A stretch of 64,000 bases of DNA from an uncultured Acidobacteriota bacterium (GTDB lineage: Bacteria; Acidobacteriota; Terriglobia; UBA7540), in assembly GCA_963804995.1 (NCBI GenBank), contig CAWDSK010000008.1, positions 64,001 through 128,000 of the forward strand. Direction: 5' to 3'. A program made the position numbers and the translations under genes. The notes under the pieces are model-generated. The model was not told where the DNA came from. It did not search any database and saw only the letters and a list, made by a program, of their open reading frames with translations. Positions 9,995-19,813 of this stretch are shown here, piece after piece (the first letter of the stretch is position 1; each line of letters begins with the position of its first letter).

Positions 9995-10354
9995 TCAGCC
10001 CGGTGTTTGGGCCGGCTCCCAATTGATCTCTCGCTCAAACTTCTCAGGTGAATTGAAAAAGGCGAAACGGTTTTCGAGTACCTGACCCGCCCGGCCATAG
10101 AGTTCAAGCAGATCATCGTTCAGAGCGGGACCAATCTCGCGGACGGCGGTGGAGAAGAATCGCGGAAGGGGGCCGGGCACGAACGCCGCGGCGTCAATTT
10201 CAAGCGCCATCCCGGCGAGGTGCGGCAACGTGCGGAAAGCTAAGCTTGTCAAAGCTTTCTTGACCGCGGCGTGCCAGCGTCCGAGGTGGCGCTCTATCCC
10301 TTCCACTTCAAGTAAAGAGCCGCGCGCATGGAGGCTGCCGCTGGGGCGAATCAT
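9995..10354 (-). CDS. Hypothetical protein
   Basis: 119-aa ORF whose start overlaps the stop of the upstream thioredoxin-like gene (ATGA). Confidence 0.5.
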   Translation of the reverse strand: MIRPSGSLHARGSLLEVEGIERHLGRWHAAVKKALTSLAFRTLPHLAGMALEIDAAAFVPGPLPRFFSTAVREIGPALNDDLLELYGRAGQVLENRFAFFNSPEKFEREINWEPAQTPG

Positions 10355-10899
10355 CTTAGGTGCTGGGACTTGCCGGGTGCTTCCGGGGGATCAGGATTTC
10401 GACCCCACCAACTTTCGGGTTCCCACTTTTTCAGAAACGCCGAGACCTTGCTGACGTTATAACTTTTGCCGTTTTCGAACGGCTTCATGCGCTGCGAATG
10501 GAACAGGGCGCCCTTTGAATCCAGAACAAAGAAATGAGGATAGTTGTCGACGCGGGGATAATGGGAGAGGAATTCAGCGTTCTCGTTCTCCTTGCTGACA
10601 TTAACCTTAACCCACACGTAATGGGTGTCGCGCAACTTTTCGAGATTGGGGTGACTCTGAAAGACGTGGTCCATAATCTGGCACCACATGTCCCAGTCGC
10701 CCCCGATTTGCAGCAAGATGCGCCTATTACTTTTGGCGGCCTCGGCCAAGGCATCCTGGAGATCCTTCTTGGGATCTCGCGCCGGATCGTAGACGTTTAC
10801 GGGCTTGAAACTGGAGGGCGGCGGTGTCTTGTGCTTTCGTTTGGGAAGTCCTGGAACCATCACGAGCAGGCATACGCCAATCGCCATACTCGATTTCAT
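10351..10899 (-). CDS. Exported thioredoxin-family protein with atypical WDMWC site
   Basis: YDPARDP..DL..AL.EA...NRRILLQIGGDWDMWC...YPHFFVLDSKG. Confidence 0.85.
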   Translation of the reverse strand: MKSSMAIGVCLLVMVPGLPKRKHKTPPPSSFKPVNVYDPARDPKKDLQDALAEAAKSNRRILLQIGGDWDMWCQIMDHVFQSHPNLEKLRDTHYVWVKVNVSKENENAEFLSHYPRVDNYPHFFVLDSKGALFHSQRMKPFENGKSYNVSKVSAFLKKWEPESWWGRNPDPPEAPGKSQHLR

Positions 10900-11186
10900 T
10901 TTTGCCCTCAGGTCTGACACTGGAAAGCCTCCTATCACACAGGGTTTGCATCCGTGAGTCCGAATCGTACCGCGCCCGCGCCGCGCGAAGCAAGAATTTT
11001 GCGCAGGTCGACGCGGTCACGGCCCCATCACGGCTTAAGTTCGTGAACAAGGCTAGCGGCAATCGGGCCAGCGGCAGTTCAATTCTGTCTCCGGGAACCG
11101 TTAAAACCACATAACGCATCTTAATCATTGGATGGTTGCGCTGGAGTTTCGATTTGCCGATGTGACCTGAAGGGTCCAGATACCGG

Positions 11187-11474
11187 ATTACCGAGGTGTG
11201 GCGCCGGGGCAGTGTCATCGCTTCCTGGCTGCTGGACCTAACGGCTGCGGTACTTTTCAAAGAGCCTGACCTCAGGGAATTTTCCGGGCGTGTCTCGGAT
11301 TCGGGCGAGGGTCGCTGGACCATCCAGGCGGCGATTGAGGAAGGCGCGCCGGTGCCCGTCCTGAGTAGTGCGCTTTACCAGAGATTCAGCTCGCGCGGAG
11401 AGGCTGCTTTCGCAGACAAGCTGCTTTCCGCCATGCGATATGAATTCGGCGGCCACCTCGAGAAAAAGGCGTGA
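11187..11474 (+). pseudogene. gnd: C-terminal fragment of short-chain 6-phosphogluconate dehydrogenase
   Basis: [41 protein letters not shown]. No N-terminal NAD-binding domain upstream. Confidence 0.85.
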
Positions 11475-11623
11475 GGAAGAGGGCGGGGGACCGATCGGCA
11501 AGCGTAGCGTGTGGCCACGATCCGTGCCGACCGGAATCCGCCGCACCACCATCCTGGGTGTCCGGGGATGTCCCTGTTGATGCCAGAGGTCGCCGTAATT
11601 CAAATACCTACGAAAAATTCCCC

Positions 11624-11662
11624 TTGACAAGACCGGCCAACTGTCCTACTGTCCTATGACAG
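11624..11662 (+). promoter_or_regulatory. Sigma70 promoter with overlapping YtrA-type operator
   Basis: TTGACA-17 bp-TACTGT; inverted repeat CTGTC-N12-GACAG (11641-11662) just upstream of the GntR gene. Confidence 0.7.
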
Positions 11663-11672
11663 AAGGCCGACT

Positions 11673-12086
11673 ATGTTATTCCTGATCAGCTTTAAGTCCG
11701 GTACACCGATCTACCTCCAGATTGTGCAGCAGGTCAAGGCCGCCGCTTCCTCCGGGGCGCTCCGGCCAGGCGAGGCGCTGCCCTCTATTCGTCCTCTGGC
11801 GGAGGAGCTGCGCATCAACCGCAACACGGTCGCCAAGGCTTACGCGGAGCTCGAAAGCCAGGGGGTCATCGAAACGCTGCCGGGGAGGGGTTGTTACCTG
11901 AAAGAGAATCAATCGGGCCTGCGCAAGGAGGTCCGGCGCAAATTGCTGATCGAGGAGATCGACCGGGCCATCGTGCAAGCGCACCACTTGCAAGTGCCCC
12001 GTGAGGAATTCCTGGAATTAATCGACGCACGGTTGGATGTGCTCGATGACAAACGGCGCGCCCATGAAGTCCCTAAGGAGGATTGA
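11673..12086 (+). CDS. GntR-family (YtrA subfamily) transcriptional regulator
   Basis: PIYLQIVQQVK...LPSIRPLAEELRINRNTVAKAYAELE..G.I...GRG with a short C-terminus. Confidence 0.92.
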   Translation: MLFLISFKSGTPIYLQIVQQVKAAASSGALRPGEALPSIRPLAEELRINRNTVAKAYAELESQGVIETLPGRGCYLKENQSGLRKEVRRKLLIEEIDRAIVQAHHLQVPREEFLELIDARLDVLDDKRRAHEVPKED

Positions 12087-12092
12087 CCGGCC

Positions 12093-12989
12093 ATGAATTC
12101 TCACTCTCCCGCCATCCAAATCGAAAATCTCAGTTACGCCTATGGGCGTGCCGAGGCGGTGCATGACCTGAGCCTGACGGTCGAGCCCGGCCGCTGTTAC
12201 GGACTGTTCGGCCGCAACGGCGCGGGCAAGACAACCACCATGAAGTGTCTGCTCAATCTGCTTCGTCCGCAGCGCGGGAAGGTGCGCGTCTTCGGTCTCG
12301 ATCCGGCGAAGCGCGAAGTGGAGGTGAAGCGCCTGCTCTCCTACGTGCCGGACCAGGTGGCCTTCTATCCCTGGATGAGTGTGCGCGAGACGCTGGATTA
12401 CCTCGCGTCATTTCGTGCGAATTGGAACCAGGAGATTGAGCAGGAGTTGCTCGAGCGTTTCCAGCTTGATCCCGCGCAGCGCACCGGAAATCTCTCCAAG
12501 GGCCAGCGCACCCAGGTGGCTTTGATCGCCGCAGTTTGTCCGGAAACGGACCTGCTGGTGCTCGATGAACCAACGTCGGGACTGGACCCCATCGTGCGCC
12601 GCGAGTTCATCGAGACGGTGATCGGCGCCTACCAGCAAGGCATTCCGGGCCATCGCACGATTCTGGTTTCCACCCACCTCATCGCCGAATTCGAAGGGTT
12701 GATTGACGAGTTCACGCTCATTGATCACGGCCGCGCCGTGCTGACGCTCGACGCCGATCAGGCCCGCGAGCGTTTTCAGAAAATCCGCGCGCGCTTTGCC
12801 GAAGCGCCGCCGGAGATCGACCTCCAGGCGGCGCTGCACGTACGCCGGGACGGGCGCGAATTGGAGTTAATCGTCAATGGTGCGGGTGCGGAATTGATGG
12901 AGCGTCTGCGCCAGCACAACCCCGAGGCGCTCTCGACGGAGTCGCTGACCCTCGAAGAAATTTTCGTCGCGACCTTGAAAGGTGGGTAG
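12093..12989 (+). CDS. ABC transporter ATP-binding protein (YtrB-like)
   Basis: GRNGAGKTT, LSKGQ, LVLDEPTSGLDP. Confidence 0.92.
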   Translation: MNSHSPAIQIENLSYAYGRAEAVHDLSLTVEPGRCYGLFGRNGAGKTTTMKCLLNLLRPQRGKVRVFGLDPAKREVEVKRLLSYVPDQVAFYPWMSVRETLDYLASFRANWNQEIEQELLERFQLDPAQRTGNLSKGQRTQVALIAAVCPETDLLVLDEPTSGLDPIVRREFIETVIGAYQQGIPGHRTILVSTHLIAEFEGLIDEFTLIDHGRAVLTLDADQARERFQKIRARFAEAPPEIDLQAALHVRRDGRELELIVNGAGAELMERLRQHNPEALSTESLTLEEIFVATLKGG

Positions 12990-13070
12990 CGCGGACCTGT
13001 TCTTTAGGTCCGCGGCTTTACCCTGGGTGCCAAAGACGAGCCGTGGACCTACAGAACAGGTCCGCGCTAC
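12986..13070. repeat. GTAG-type REP doublet supplying the stop codon of the ABC ATPase gene
   Basis: GTAGCGCGGACCTGTTCTTTAGGTCCGCGG ... GGACCTACAGAACAGGTCCGCGCTAC. Confidence 0.85.
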
Positions 13071-13109
13071 ACCGGCATCATGGCAACGTTGAAGTCGTAG
13101 GAGACGAGA

Positions 13110-15038
13110 ATGAACGCCAAACGAATCCTCAAGGAAGCACGCCCCCTGTTCTGGCCGTGGTGCGCCGTGACCATGGCGGGCGCGGTGCCGCTGGTTCACC
13201 CACTGCATTCAATTGCCGGAATTAGTCAGTTTGGTTTCTTGCTCGGCATTCCGCTATTGGCGACTCTCTCGCTGGGTAACGAATTCGAACACCGGACGCT
13301 TTCCCTCCTGCTTTCACAACCCATCGGCCGGATGGAAATCTGGGGGGAGAAATTGATGGTTACGGTCGCTGCCGTCTTGTCGGCGGTTATCGTTTTCTGC
13401 TTTGCCTGGCGGGTGACCGCATTTCAGCCGGACTTAAGGGGCGCGGCATTTCCTGTAGTGTGGATCATCGCCACCACCGCTTCTGCGACGTTTTGGACGC
13501 TTTTCACAAGATCAATGCTGGGCGGTGTCGTCCTGAACTTCGGGGTCCACTCCTTCATCATTATTGCCTTGGCGAACCTGCCGGATCGGATTCGCGGAAC
13601 TGGATCTCTCTCGCTGCCAAACAAAATAGTTATTTCGATCGCCGCCTTCGTCCTCCTCTGCTACGCAGGTGCAATGCTCTGGCTTGGCCGGCGGATGCTG
13701 GCACGGTTTCAGGTAACGGGAGGCATGGCCGGTGATGATCTGCTGATGGCCGGTCCGGACGTGATGCCGGGAGCATTGGCCGGTTGGTTGCGCTGCCGTC
13801 CCACGGGAACAGTTCTCAACCTGATTCGCAAAGAACTCCGGTTGCTGCGGCCGGTGTGGCTGATCAGCTTGCTGGCTGCCGCGGGTTGGGCATGTCTAGC
13901 CCTGTTCGGCTTGCTGTACGAGCGAGCATTTTCCCGGAATTTTGAAACCGCGTTGGTCATTTGGGGTGTGGTCAGTACGATGATGATAGCGATTCCCGCC
14001 GGAAGCATGTCGCTGGGGGAAGAAAGGACCTCCGGTACGCACTCCTGGCACCTGACCTTGCCGGTATCGGCCCGCCGACAATGGCTTATCAAGCTGTTCA
14101 TGGCGCTGTCCGCAGGTTTCCTTGGCGCGGGACTGGTCCCGTTTTTGATCGCCGGCAGGCTATGGGGATCGTCCAGGGTATTTGCGGATGTGCATCCCGA
14201 AATGGTTTTGCTGGTGGGGGCGGCACTCCTGAGCTTCGCCGCATTCTGGTGCGCGTGCGCGGTCAAGGGGACGGTGCGTGCTGTGCTCTGGGTTCTTCCG
14301 GTGATGATTGCCCTCTATTTCGCCGGTGAGCTTGGCAGGTGGGTGGGGCCCGCAATCACGGACCTCTTTTTTTCGAAGTTCGATCCCTTCACAAATTTGA
14401 AATTCGCCAACGCTGTTAAGTCGATATTCGTTCCCGAGCTATTTTACACTTTCGCCTACGCCCATTGGGACTCCCGGAATGGCTATAGACTCGCAATGCT
14501 CACGCTTTTGTGGCTCCCGACACTGCTCTTGGCGGCAGGTCAAAGTTACCGGCTTTTTCGGGCCCAGCTCCAGGATAGCGCTCTTTCATTGGTCCGAAAT
14601 CTGCTGCGTTTGGCCATGGTGGCATTCCTGTGCAGTTTTTCTTTGCTGTTCTTCTTCTTCTTTGTGGGCCGAGCCTGGGATCAAAAATCGATAGCGCTCT
14701 TTGAAACCATCCGAGCCATCGAGAAAGTTCAATCCGGCGCCGCGAAACTGGATGCGACGCATCCGCTGCAACTCACGGTGGAAGATCTGGCCAAGGCTTC
14801 CCCGATTTCAAAAAGTACGCGGCGCATCCTGGGCAATTCTCACATCACGCTTGCTCTCGAAGAGCCTGCACATCACGGTCGACTCGGCTGCGGCGGAATC
14901 TCCCAGGCCATCGATAGCCATTATGAACTGGGTTATTCGTGGTGCTTGGCCACCATCCCTCTTGCGGACGGTTCCCAACTTACTGTGGCATTCGAGCCTG
15001 GGAACCACTACCTCATTTGCGCCGGAATCAGTAAGTAA
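13110..15038 (+). CDS. ABC-2-type transporter permease (internally duplicated)
   Basis: Many TM segments; two ABC-2 half motifs (EFEHRTLSLLLSQP and EERTSGTHSWHLTLP). Confidence 0.8.
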   Translation: MNAKRILKEARPLFWPWCAVTMAGAVPLVHPLHSIAGISQFGFLLGIPLLATLSLGNEFEHRTLSLLLSQPIGRMEIWGEKLMVTVAAVLSAVIVFCFAWRVTAFQPDLRGAAFPVVWIIATTASATFWTLFTRSMLGGVVLNFGVHSFIIIALANLPDRIRGTGSLSLPNKIVISIAAFVLLCYAGAMLWLGRRMLARFQVTGGMAGDDLLMAGPDVMPGALAGWLRCRPTGTVLNLIRKELRLLRPVWLISLLAAAGWACLALFGLLYERAFSRNFETALVIWGVVSTMMIAIPAGSMSLGEERTSGTHSWHLTLPVSARRQWLIKLFMALSAGFLGAGLVPFLIAGRLWGSSRVFADVHPEMVLLVGAALLSFAAFWCACAVKGTVRAVLWVLPVMIALYFAGELGRWVGPAITDLFFSKFDPFTNLKFANAVKSIFVPELFYTFAYAHWDSRNGYRLAMLTLLWLPTLLLAAGQSYRLFRAQLQDSALSLVRNLLRLAMVAFLCSFSLLFFFFFVGRAWDQKSIALFETIRAIEKVQSGAAKLDATHPLQLTVEDLAKASPISKSTRRILGNSHITLALEEPAHHGRLGCGGISQAIDSHYELGYSWCLATIPLADGSQLTVAFEPGNHYLICAGISK

Positions 15039-15475
15039 GAATCCCCCGGGCGGTCCAGGAAATCGCGCCCGCCTCTTCATCGAAACGCCGCCCCGCCTGC
15101 GCTCCCATGTTCAGGTCTACTGACAAGGCGCCATAGGATGGTCGGGCAGAATTCGCCTACCTGACTACCTAACCAATCAATCCAGCCATTGCCCGAGAGG
15201 GCATTAGGTTGTATATTGCGGGTTGCCTGATAAATCTCGATCAGAAGCACTGGTCAGCGGGACGATGGGCGCTTGGGGCTTCAGTATTTCTTCTGAGGTC
15301 ACGCCTTAGCGTTGACCCTTTGAATTCCAAGTTCGTGGGGGCATGTTCCGGTCATCGGTAAACGAAGAACGAATTATGAAAAGGTAGGACGGTCGTGGCG
15401 CGTCCGGCGCCATTCCGAGCGGCATGACCTCCCCTGCGACATGCAGAGTCCATCCAGGGCGGAGGGCCCGATCGA

Positions 15476-16528
15476 ATGAACCAGACCCAATTACCCAACT
15501 CACGGCGGCCCAAAGTGAAAGCCCCGCCGTCTGAGCTCGAGCGGAAAGTAACCCTGCTCATCGCCAACCTTGTCATCGTGGAGATCATCGGAGTCATCGA
15601 CTACCTGTTGGGATACGAGCTTAGCATCGCGGTCATTTATGTGATTCCGGTGGCGGTGGTTTGCTGGGGGATCAGCAAGAATGTGGGGATTTTGGTTTCT
15701 GTCATCAGCGCTGCCACGATGTATCTCGCCGACGAACTGGCGCGTCCGGCTTATATCCCTCCCCTCTATCCGGTGTGGAAGGGGAGTGCCAGCCTCTGTT
15801 TTCTCCTCCTGGTCGCGTGGCTGGTGGCGGGTCATAAAGAAGAGGTGGAGAGGCGCGAGGGCCTGATGGGCCAACTTCGGGAAGCCGCGATTGTGGAGGA
15901 GCGCAACCGCATGGCTAGCGAAATTCACGATACGCTGGCGCAAGGCTTCACGGGCGTCTCCGTGCAGTTGGAAGCCGCCGAAGATGTTCTAAACGTGAGC
16001 CCGGAAGAAGCCCGGGGACATATTGCACGGGCGCGCAAGCTGGCCCGGGAGAGCCTTGCCGAAGCCCGGCGCTCAGTCTGGGCTTTGCGGGCTCCGGAGT
16101 TGGACGCGGAGGGCTTGGTCGCTGCCGTCGGGCAGTTCATCGGACGAATCTCCGCGGGCACTTCCATCACCGTGGAACCTTCAGTGCGGGGAACTCCACA
16201 GCCCCTACCTTCCCAAGTCGAGATGGACCTTCTGCGTATTTGCCAGGAGGCGATGGTCAACGCCCTCCGGCACGCGGACCCCAGCAAGATTCAGATCCAG
16301 TTGATTTATGAACCTTCGAAGGTAGAGCTGCGCGTACTCGATAACGGTCAGGGTTTTGACCCCCGCGCGCCCAAGAACACTCATGGCTTTGGACTAACCA
16401 ATATGCGGGAACGGGCGCAACGCCTGGGCGGACAATTTACAGTCGAGAGTGAACCGGGGCGGGGAACTCGCATTATCGTCGCGGTGGGCGCCCCGGCACA
16501 GGGTTGGGAGGCTTACGCTCGTGGATAA
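15476..16528 (+). CDS. Membrane sensor histidine kinase (HisKA_3, NarX/UhpB type)
   Basis: EERNRMASEIHDTLAQG, QEAMVNALRHA, DNGQGF, GFGLTNMRERA. Confidence 0.92.
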   Translation: MNQTQLPNSRRPKVKAPPSELERKVTLLIANLVIVEIIGVIDYLLGYELSIAVIYVIPVAVVCWGISKNVGILVSVISAATMYLADELARPAYIPPLYPVWKGSASLCFLLLVAWLVAGHKEEVERREGLMGQLREAAIVEERNRMASEIHDTLAQGFTGVSVQLEAAEDVLNVSPEEARGHIARARKLARESLAEARRSVWALRAPELDAEGLVAAVGQFIGRISAGTSITVEPSVRGTPQPLPSQVEMDLLRICQEAMVNALRHADPSKIQIQLIYEPSKVELRVLDNGQGFDPRAPKNTHGFGLTNMRERAQRLGGQFTVESEPGRGTRIIVAVGAPAQGWEAYARG

Positions 16529-17153
16529 ACCGGAGGTGATCCGCATCCTGGTGGCCGACGACCATCTGGTCGTGCGGGAAGGATTGTGCGCGCTCATTAA
16601 TCGGCGCGCCAATATGAAGGTGGTCGCCGATGTGGGCAACGGGCAGGAGGCGGTCGAACAGTTTTTTATCCACCGGCCGGATGTCACCCTGGTGGACTTG
16701 CGCATGCCGCGCATGGATGGCGTAGAGGTCATCCGGACCATTCGGGAGCGCGCCCCCGACGCCCGGGTGATTGTGCTGACAACTTTTGATGAGGACGAGG
16801 ACATCTACCGGGCCCTACGAGCCGGCGCCCGCGGCTATCTGCTTAAAGATGTTTCCCGTGACGAGTTGTTGGAATGCATTCGCACCGTGCATGGGGGGGA
16901 ATCCTACATTGCCCCGGCCCTGGCCATGAAGGCGGCCGCCCGATTGAGCAGTCCGGATCTAAGTCCGCGGGAAGCCGAAGTGCTGCGCCTGATGGCGGAT
17001 GGCAAGAGCAACAAGGAAATTGGAGATGAATTACAGATCACGGAAGGGACTGTCAAAGTTCACGTGAATCATATTCTGGACAAGTTGGGAGTCAACGGGC
17101 GTACCGCGGCCATTGTCGCGGCATTAGAACGTGGCCTCCTGCATCTCCGGTAA
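16521..17153 (+). CDS. NarL/LuxR-family response regulator
   Basis: IRILVADDH...DLRMP...GYLLK; HTH LSPRE.EVL...SNKEI...EGTVKVHV. GTG start overlaps the kinase stop. Confidence 0.92.
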   Translation: MDKPEVIRILVADDHLVVREGLCALINRRANMKVVADVGNGQEAVEQFFIHRPDVTLVDLRMPRMDGVEVIRTIRERAPDARVIVLTTFDEDEDIYRALRAGARGYLLKDVSRDELLECIRTVHGGESYIAPALAMKAAARLSSPDLSPREAEVLRLMADGKSNKEIGDELQITEGTVKVHVNHILDKLGVNGRTAAIVAALERGLLHLR

Positions 17154-17841
17154 ACGGGGAAGCTCCCCAGGTTTCCAGCCTAATCGGTTCGGAAGCAGAC
17201 GTGGTGATAGGCAAGGGGGGGGCTCCGCCCTATATCGAAGGTTATAGTGCCTCTATATCTTAGGGGATAGTTCTGGATAGCTCCTCAGTCCAATTGATTC
17301 TTGCCTGTCTTTCGGCAAACAATAGGCACAATTGATATGCGGGTGGTGGCGACACCGTTAGTGGTGATGTGAGCCTGTGTGCGTAAAAAGCGAGGGGGTG
17401 TAGGCATTGTTGTGCGACCAACAAAATCTCCCAAAGGGAGAGCCTACACCCTCAAAGCGACACCAGAAGTGATAGATATTTTTCCTTGCTCTCCCGAACC
17501 CTGTAGCCCCGCTTCAGGATTCAGAGGGATTGAAAGTGGGGTCTTGGTAACCCCCCAGTTTGAGGACGGGCCCCAGTAGTTGCAAAGTTTGCCCCCCTCG
17601 CCCGGATCGATATTTCGGACCACCCTCCGTCCTTCGCACCGACCGAGGGCCGCGAAATCGACCCAACGGCGCCCTTTCCGTGCCTCTAGGGGAAGGGGAT
17701 ACCGAAGGACGGGCGAGGGGGGACTCCGTAGGTCAAGGCTTGAAATTGCGTTGATTACCGATCGGTCTCAGAGGCTCCCACCGTTTCCCAACACCGCGAA
17801 GTAAAAGTGGCAGTTCCCAAGCGCGGAGGAAATTTCGAACC

Positions 17842-18648
17842 ATGGCAGCCGGAGGCGGAATTACGGCAGCGGGACAAATCTTGACGAACCGCGCCGGAAC
17901 ACGGCCCCGTTTAGGTCTTGCCACGGATGAAGCGAGAGCTCGAGCCCGGCGCCGGCATATCCTCTCCACCGATTTCCAGGCAATCTACGAACTGTACCAG
18001 CGCCGAGTTTTTTTGTGGTGCCTCCGCATTGCCCGGAACGTGGAGGACGCAGAAGATCTTACCCAGGATGCTTTCCTGCTCTTGTTCCGCAAAATCAATA
18101 CCTATCGAGGTGAATCGGCATTCTCTACGTGGTTGTATCGTTTGGCGACGAACATTTCCCTGATGCGGCTGCGGAGGAAGACCTTTTCACAAGTCCCGCT
18201 GGACGAAGTTCTTGATATCCAAGAGGGCGCGATTAACCCCTGCTATGAACTCAGGGCCTTTGATCTGACCCTGGCCGCATTGATTGCGCGGGTAGATCTG
18301 GGGCGCGCGCTCCCGCAGATGCCGGGTGGCTTCAAGACCGCTTTCTTCCTGCACGACAGCGAAGACTACTCACACTCGGAAATTGCTGAACTTACCGGTT
18401 GGTCGACGGGAACTTCCAAGTCACAATTGCATAAGGCGCGCCGGTGGCTGCGGCAACTGCTGAATCGCACCACGGTGGAGGCGAAATCCCAGACGACTCG
18501 CCGTAAATTGCCGCGCCGACAAAAGCCTGGGATGAGAGTGGCCGCGCCGACCCACCCAGCGGGGAAGCGTGGCACGGGAAACGTCGTTGGGACCCCCGGG
18601 CTGCCGCCCGGCCCTAACCGGGTCGAAAATGAAACTTGGCTCTGTTAG
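17842..18648 (+). CDS. ECF RNA polymerase sigma factor with basic C-terminal tail
   Basis: DAEDLTQDAFL...FSTWLYRL (sigma2); YSHSEIA...GTSKSQLHKAR (sigma4). Start uncertain. Confidence 0.85.
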   Translation: MAAGGGITAAGQILTNRAGTRPRLGLATDEARARARRRHILSTDFQAIYELYQRRVFLWCLRIARNVEDAEDLTQDAFLLLFRKINTYRGESAFSTWLYRLATNISLMRLRRKTFSQVPLDEVLDIQEGAINPCYELRAFDLTLAALIARVDLGRALPQMPGGFKTAFFLHDSEDYSHSEIAELTGWSTGTSKSQLHKARRWLRQLLNRTTVEAKSQTTRRKLPRRQKPGMRVAAPTHPAGKRGTGNVVGTPGLPPGPNRVENETWLC

Positions 18649-18980
18649 TAACTGTTCGACGCCATGCCAACCAGTGGCGAATCTGCTTGCCTGGTCCCTT
18701 GCGAGCCCGACTGAAGAGGCAAGTCATCGTGAGCCCGAATCGCCAACGTTATTGGCGCGAAAATCTGTTGGAGATTAGCCTGAGTCTCATCGGGGTCTTG
18801 TGCCTGGCCGCCATGCTGGTAGCCTACCTAACCCAATGTTCATAATCATCACGCCGGCTTCCTCAGGCAGCGGAAATAACCGCTAAGGGATGATTCACCA
18901 TCTTGCCGTTTCATGAGTTCGAGTCCGAAGTCACCGGCGGGGTGCCCATTGCCCGGTGAGTGGCTGGGCAGGCAAACGCA

Positions 18981-19145
18981 ATGCAACGTCACGAGTGCCC
19001 CAAGTGCGGTAGCATGAATCTTTGCCTCTCGCGGCGGCGAGGTTGGGTTGATCGGTGGATTTTTGCCCGGTTCTTTTATCAACCTCTGCGCTGCATGGAC
19101 TGCAATACCCGCTTTTACGTCTTCCTCCGCCGTTCCCACTCCTGA
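18981..19145 (+). CDS. Small Zn-ribbon protein
   Basis: CPKCGS...SRRRG..D........PLRCMDCNTRFY. Confidence 0.65.
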   Translation: MQRHECPKCGSMNLCLSRRRGWVDRWIFARFFYQPLRCMDCNTRFYVFLRRSHS

Positions 19146-19157
19146 CTCCCTGCCCTC

Positions 19158-19287
19158 ACCGAGGTCTGCGGTTCATCGTGTGTTAGGAGAGCGAATGTAT
19201 CGTGGCGCAAAGGCCGCCCGCGTTTAGGATTCGCGGATTTTTTAGATGAAGAACCGCGGACCCCAAAAACGGGGGACCGCGCTACGC
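19158..19287. repeat. GTAG-type REPIN, reverse orientation, left part degenerate
   Basis: GAAGAACCGCGGACCCCAAAAACGGGGGACCGCGCTACG is the reverse complement of the 4996 hairpin. Confidence 0.8.
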
Positions 19288-19354
19288 TTACTGCTGCCAT
19301 TTGCCCCCTTGCGTGCGTCACACAAATGAGGATACGTTGTAGGGGGGGTGCTTA

Positions 19355-19756
19355 ATGCACAAGATATCTGTGGCACTATTATTCTCATGCTTGCTCCTGT
19401 CGATTCCCTTACGGGGGCAGGAAGTTTTCATCCGTGACAACAATCAGGCTGCGGTTCAAGCCAAAACCTCTCTTGAGAAGTTCACGCGCTACAAACTGAG
19501 TGGTGATGCCACGCATTTGATCCTGCTGGTGGAGGAACAGTCGTGGAGCCCGGATATGCTGAACCCTGCCACCGTCGCCATCAGCATGAAGCTGATATCT
19601 CCGCGGGGGGAACTCTTGTGGGGCAAGACTGAGCCGATTGGTACGCGCTCCAAGGAGACGACGATTCAAGACCTCTTGAAGGAGCTCGGCGAGGCCAAGC
19701 CCAACTTGGGAAAGAAACCTGCTGGGGGCGCAGAGCAAAACCGCACCGGCCAATGA
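19355..19756 (+). CDS. Exported hypothetical protein
   Basis: 133-aa ORF with a signal peptide. Confidence 0.7.
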   Translation: MHKISVALLFSCLLLSIPLRGQEVFIRDNNQAAVQAKTSLEKFTRYKLSGDATHLILLVEEQSWSPDMLNPATVAISMKLISPRGELLWGKTEPIGTRSKETTIQDLLKELGEAKPNLGKKPAGGAEQNRTGQ

Positions 19757-19813
19757 CGGCACGACGCAGGTTTGGACCGACTCCCTGCCAGTGATTCGAC
19801 CGAGGTATATCCC

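Noticed and set aside
17408..17423. TGTTGTGCGACCAACA as a fourth parS-like site
   Set aside because: Only the outer arms match; the centre differs from the three clear copies.
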